Part shown: positions 58,391-64,000 of the stretch, piece after piece
Numbering within the stretch: the stretch's first letter is position 1
How the letters are laid out: every line of letters starts with the position of its first letter
Notes under the pieces: model-generated
Told to the model about the DNA's origin: nothing
The model's database searches: none
What the model saw: the letters and a program-made list of their open reading frames with translations, nothing else
DNA from: Paramecium tetraurelia
Lineage: Eukaryota
Direction: 5' to 3'
Assembly: GCA_000165425.1 (NCBI GenBank)
Contig: CT868669.1
Coordinates: 124,001 to 188,000 of the forward strand
Length of the DNA: 64,000 nucleotides
Made by a program: the position numbers and the translations under genes

Positions 58391-61300
58391 ATGTAAAAAA
58401 TTGAACAGAATCATAAATTCAATATTGATTTGGATTTAGAACTCAGAGCTGTACAAAATTATGACTTCGAACAAGAATATTTAGATCATTGTCTAAGAGA
58501 TACTCATAGATAATTATCAATCAATAACAATCACCATATTCACAGTCAAACAAAAAGTGAAAAAAGCAATGATGGCTACGATTTCAGAACACCAAAGGTA
58601 ACATCCCAAACTAATCTGAATAATATTATCACTTCCGAGGTGTAATAAAATCATGCCATTGCACCTAAGTATGTAAAATAAGAAAAACCAATCAGCACAG
58701 GTTCTAGTATAATGCAATTCTTTTTTATAAGACGTTTTTTGGAAAAACTTACCTTTTAAAGAAAAAGATTGTAGAATTTGAACATTACTCATTTAAATCT
58801 TATAGATGATAAGGCCTCAGACAAGTAAAAATATTATTTATAATTTTGTAGAGCCAGTTTGCTAGCTTATAAATAAACAAAAGTTCAAAAAGGATTGACC
58901 ATTAATTAGCTAAATAGACTTGTGCAAACGAAAATAGAAATAAAAGAAAGGAAATGGGAGAGTGTGAAGAAAAATTTAGAAGAGAGTAAGTAAAAATTTA
59001 TCAGACAAATTACAAATATTGCCAATAAAATACCTCTAGTACAACCTGAAAACGATTTTAAACTTTATTGGGACATTTTTGCTTCACTATTTAGAGTGAT
59101 ACTCGTAGTTCTAGTGCCTTTGGAAATTTCTTTTCACACTTAGATTCTCTTTTAGAATTATGTAGGGCTGACATTAACAATACTATTCATCTTGCAATTG
59201 GATCTATTTATTAGGATCAACACTCTCTGTTATGAAAATGGAAAGGCTATAACAGATCGATGGGGAATCATAATTCGTTAGCTAACTAAGTCTTGGTTTA
59301 CAGATTGCTCATTAATAATAATAATAGTGGTTTTTATATTCAACTCGAACGCCCAAGATGGTTATGATTTGTTTTTACTCATTTTGTTAACCCAATATAA
59401 GCATATTTATGGGGCTTTATCAAAAACGGATTAGATCTCCTACTTTACAAGACCATAGAGAGGAATAATAGGATTAATCAAATTTATAACTAGTTTATTT
59501 TATATTATGCACATATTCAGTTGCATTTGGTTTTGGTTCAGTAGCATTGACAAATCTAATTCGTGGATTGTAACTAAAGACTTAGATGGGTAGACTTGGC
59601 AACTCTAATATTTAGAATCAATTTACTTTGCAATTGTGACAATGTTAACTATAGGATATGGAGACAATGTGCCTAAAAATTCAATAGAGAAAATTGTTAC
59701 AATAATATTTATATTGGGTGCTTGTAAGTTATTAAATTAAATTTATAAGGTTTGTGGTTCTCATACAGTGTAAATTTTATAGGGGCAATCATGAATGACA
59801 TCACGCAGAATTAAGTGGAGAGAAGTCAAAAGATGAGAGTCATCAATAAATACATGACATAAAGACAGATTCCATATAGTCTGTAGCATCAGTAATTTTG
59901 CTATTAATAATTCACTTAGAGTCAAAGAATACCTAACGTATAGATGGAAAGAGGATGATGAGGTTGATTTGCAAGTGGAGTAGATCTTGTTGGAGTAATT
60001 ATCTGATGAACTAAAGGAAGAGCTGGAGAAACAAGCCTATAAAGTATTTATCCAAAAGTCAGAGTTATTGTAAAAACAATTTTCCTTGGAATTCCGAAAT
60101 GCTCTATTTAAATCAATTAAGCGTAAGATTATAGAACCATAACATACTTTTTAAAGTGAAATCAATGGTCAATAACACCTTTGTTTCGTTGAATAAGGTG
60201 TTTTGCTATATCAACATAAGGATAGAAAACAAAGATCCAAAATGAATGCTTCAGTTCATTAAGGGCAATTCTTTTGTGTGAAGGAATTTCTTATGCAAAC
60301 CCCAGAATATGAAATCTTCAAAGCTCAAAGTTATGTCAGTTTGCTTGTGTTATCAAAACAAGATTTCTTAGAAACATTGCAAGATTTCCCAGAGGATTTC
60401 CAAAAGTACTGCTAATTAAAGGATTCATATTCATCAGAAAATGAAGGCTGTCAAATTCAATTTGGTAGTTTCTGTCCTGCTTGCAATAATTTTGATCATT
60501 CTTTAAAGAGTTGCTGTTAAATATAATTGGTTCTGAATAAAGAAGTCATAGTTAAAAAATATTAGATGAATCAAGAGTAATAAAGAGTATCCTATTTACG
60601 TCAGACTCTTGATAAACCAATCTAAACTAGAGCGGAAATGTAATATGTTTAGGAATGCGCAATCTACTTTTAAGCAGAGAATCAAAACCTAATCAATGAA
60701 TAATTAAAATTGCAAATAGTTTATGACTAAGAAACAGAATCTTAGTAAGGAAACGTGGAAACACAGAATGCATTAGATCCTATTAACTCAGTTAATATCT
60801 TTTAGATTAATGAGATGTACTAAAGTACTCACAAACCTATATTGAACAAGGCAATTTAAAAAGTAGAATTTGAAGAGGAAAAACATAAAGAAAAAATTGA
60901 AAATCACAAACCCAATTCTTTATTGACTCAAAGCTAAAGAATAAATAGAAAGGGAACATTGTTCTCAAAATAACTTTAAAGAAAAAACACTAAGTCCCCT
61001 TCAATATTATTCTCAATGAATGAAATTACAGAAGAAATTATTGAAACTACCTTAATAGAGTAGGAGAGTGACCATATCAAAAATATCAACAACTTTAACT
61101 TTTATATGAAAGAGAATATCAAATCTCTGTATACTAAAATTTAAAGGTTTTCAGAGGATAAATCCGCTTCTATCAACTAGGGTTTAAATTCACTTCAATA
61201 TATTTATTGGAAATATAATGCAATCACTCTTGAGGGATTTGAATCCTTATTTAATTATGATTATTATTTTCCACAATCAAATTCCATTACCACAATAGAA

Positions 61301-61615
61301 ATGGCCAATAAAAATCAACATGCTTGGCAAAAAGAAATCTTAAGCAAATTCTCAAAATATTTATATTACCCTTATTAATTTATAAATAAATTCTTGAAGC
61401 TCAAAAAAGTTTAATATTAAAGTGCTGCTATAAATGCAGCTACCAAATTCAAAAATGCTCAAAAAAAAATTTGGCTAATTCAGTTAAGAAATAACTTATC
61501 TTCCAAAAAATTGATACCATCTTTTAAAAATATTAAATTAACGAAGTCAAAGTTAAATTCGATCGTACCATATCCTGGAGATAGTATGCAATCTATTTAA
61601 ATTAGCTAAGGCTGA
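58391..61615 (+). CDS. CNBD-containing K+ channel #4 (close paralogue of #1); start could be at 58347
   Basis: VQPENDFKLYWD; YLESIYFAIVTMLTIGYGDNVPK; RVKEYLTYRWKE; CNBD. Confidence 0.9.
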
Positions 61616-61671
61616 TAGATTGATTATATTTTTATATTATTTAAAATCAATTACATATAAAATAAGCTTTT

Positions 61672-62746
61672 TCATTATTATTATAAAGTTTAATCTATCT
61701 ATTTTTCTGACTCCTCTTGAATAACCATCTCCTAATCTTTCAGTAGAAGTTATGCACAAGACGAATATTTATGATTGCAGTAATATAGAAGCCTTTAACT
61801 CTTCGGAGTTGTGGCTTCCTCGCCTGTTGATTATCTTGACCTTGAGGTTGTGTGATGGAATTCTCTTTTAGTTTTGGCCTTACAAGCATTTTACTAAGTT
61901 GAACATTTAGTCTGATTCTCAAAAAATATCTAAATCTACGAGGGAGACTTCAGGACTGCCTTTGGGTCATACTGACTTCGAAATTGGTGGTATGATATCA
62001 TTTTCTATTCAATTACTTTCAACTTTAATTTACACATAAATTTGTTACCTCTCTTAAGAATTCATATAAGTCAACACTTTAATTTTTTGAGTTCTCATTC
62101 AATAATATAATAATTGCATTTATTAGATTTTTTTAATAACCTTGAATTTCTTAATAAATATTAAAGGTTAACTTTTATAATAGTCTATCTTGTGGATAGT
62201 TTTTAAGGGCAATCTTCAAATTAGGCACAAGAGAAAGAGCCATATTGACTAAATTCACCATCTTAAAACTATCTATCATGAGACTAGGGTTATGAGTGAA
62301 TTATACTTCGAATAATTTGATTTTCTAAAAAGACTTGTTTTGTAACTTTTTATTTCCTTGAAGCTGATGGCCAATTTTTATAAATAAGATAAAAATGGAA
62401 TTTATATATTTGTGAGTAACCAGGCTTCATAATTTCTATGACTGTGTTTGAGTAAACTAAAATTTGTTAATCTTAAAGAAGTAAATAATTTGGAGAATTC
62501 TTCGTTTGAATGAATAAACTAATGAGTGATAATGAGCATTTTCATTTTAATATTATAGGTCTGCATGTCAGAGTTCGAGTAGAACTCAAAAAACTCCCTC
62601 AGGTTCTTATCCTTAGTCATGAATTATAATAAAAACTCTATTTCTTCTTAGTCGAATACTTAATTGTCTTTGGAAAGACTACTTTTCTTTAGAAATCGAA
62701 GGAATTCAGAATCAAATTTGAAGATTTCGCTTATTTTTTATATCAT
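61672..62746 (-). CDS. Hypothetical protein with a possible ANTH/ENTH-like helical N-terminus
   Basis: MIQKISEIFKFDSEFLRFLKKSS...IKMKMLIITHQFI...FLSYLQKLA, resembling the ANTH 'K.L...H.l' and 'Y..YL' patterns. Confidence 0.5.
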
Positions 62747-63005
62747 TTATTAAAATTACCAATCAACATTCTTAAGAGCTTTCTAATATTATAATCTAAG
62801 AAACTGAAAAATCAAATATTCATAATTCATTTTAAATTTCTAGAAATTAAGAAAAATTACAGCTTTTAGCTATTAAAATTTCAAAACCTTGATTAAATGA
62901 CAAGAGTCATAAATAATGTATATATATATCCAATTCATAAACATAAATTTCAAAATAATTTCATACCATAAAAAATAAACTAGGATAAATAATGTTTATT
63001 TCTGT

Positions 63006-63420
63006 ATGCTGTAAGACCATAATTGTTTGGTTAATACTGGAAGAAATAGGGCTGGTAAAAGTAATTAAACATCATTGAAACAAAGGTTGTAAGGACATTT
63101 TTACCAGATCCAAGAAGTAAATTCTAATAACTTGAAGCCAGCAACAATTATATGAATAATTCTATTTCATTCCTTTCCTACGATTAGAGATATCTGTTTT
63201 TAAATGCCCAAGTGAGTATTTTGGCTTAGCTTAGATTATAAAAAAGGTCGTATTAAAAACAAAAGTCATATTTCCATTAGAAGAGTGTAATAAAGAAGTG
63301 AGCTATGATTGAGTTTATCAATTTTGGTAAATCCCTGTCTTGATATTCAAGGATGATTGATCTAAATAGTAAATCAGCTGAAAAGCATATGGCGAAGCTT
63401 TGGATTAGTTGGTGTAGGAA
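63006..63420 (+). pseudogene. Possible decayed P-loop kinase (thymidylate-kinase-like) remnant
   Basis: TGRNRAGKSNQ (Walker A-like), then LPDPRS in another frame; multiple TGA stops. Confidence 0.2.
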
Positions 63421-63667
63421 TTACTTATTCTTAATTTTGGTATTAATGTATAATATCTTACCGACCAAAATTATTTCGTAATTGTAGAGGTGGAAGTAAT
63501 GAAAATAATGATAGCCAAGAACAGCTAAAATAAATATAAAAATAATATTCATATAGCAATTAAATTAATTTATGTAATTATTATAAGGTTATGAATTGAT
63601 GTCTGGAATATATTTGATAATAATAATTAATGCATTATATTTATCTTAATTTTCAATAATTAATTAA

Positions 63668-64000
63668 ATGGATAATTATTTCACAATCATCAGTTTACTT
63701 GGATTGAGAAACTAGAATCTTCCACCCTTTTAGGTTTGAAATGATAAATATTATTACAGAGAAGCTCGTTTGAAGAGATATAGATCAATTAAGAAGATGG
63801 TTGAGTTGATAGAAACTGCTGGTTGGACTTAGCCAAAAGTCCCATTCAATGCATTTTGCTTGAGTTCTTAAGATCGTACATTTATAGTGTTATTTCTCCT
63901 TTAGCTGAATGGGAAGATGATATGACCTATCCAGTGATTGAATATAATAAGTTTGGCTATTAGGCTATGGCCTTCGGAATGAATTTAGTATAGAGATGTC
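63668..64000 (+). CDS. ATPTT7: Ciliate-specific mitochondrial ATP synthase subunit (ATPTT7-like), 5' part; apparent 1-nt excess before intron 1
   Basis: MDNYFTIISLLGLRNQNLPPF/EARLKRYRSIKKMVELIET...DPEWEDDMTYP closely matches, from memory, the N-terminus of a Tetrahymena ATP synthase-specific subunit; the exact subunit number should be verified. Confidence 0.7.

Noticed and set aside
63725..63736. Euplotes-style programmed +1 frameshift at TTT TAG
   Set aside because: That mechanism depends on TAG being a stop codon; here TAG is Gln, and an indel is the simpler explanation.

Overview
This is eukaryotic ciliate DNA, almost certainly a Paramecium macronuclear-type chromosome segment. It is very AT-rich, TAA/TAG read as Gln and TGA is the only stop. 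Introns are about 21-30 nt GT..AG, and intergenic gaps are often under 100 nt. The supplied standard-code ORF track is therefore fragmentary or antisense, so I re-translated by hand with genetic code 6. About 35 tightly packed genes are present. They include a STIMATE-family protein, a TDY MAP kinase, a secreted H-type-lectin/beta-gamma-crystallin protein, RRP6, MCM5, a polyQ ArfGAP, a catalytically dead serine carboxypeptidase, PS decarboxylase, a ~1400-aa type I surface protein, two acylated MORN proteins and a CCX/NCLX exchanger. There are also three tandem hybrid histidine kinases plus a degenerate one, VPS18, four CNBD K+ channels, a membrane-tethered bZIP, and the start of a ciliate ATP-synthase subunit gene. 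The best lead is the bZIP at 50912-52157. It has ATF6-like architecture (bZIP, TM helix, RHL site-1-protease motif, ATF6-like luminal C-terminus), which suggests an ER-to-nucleus regulated-intramembrane-proteolysis pathway in a ciliate. Coordinates and introns were read by eye; family calls come from motif recognition, not database searches.
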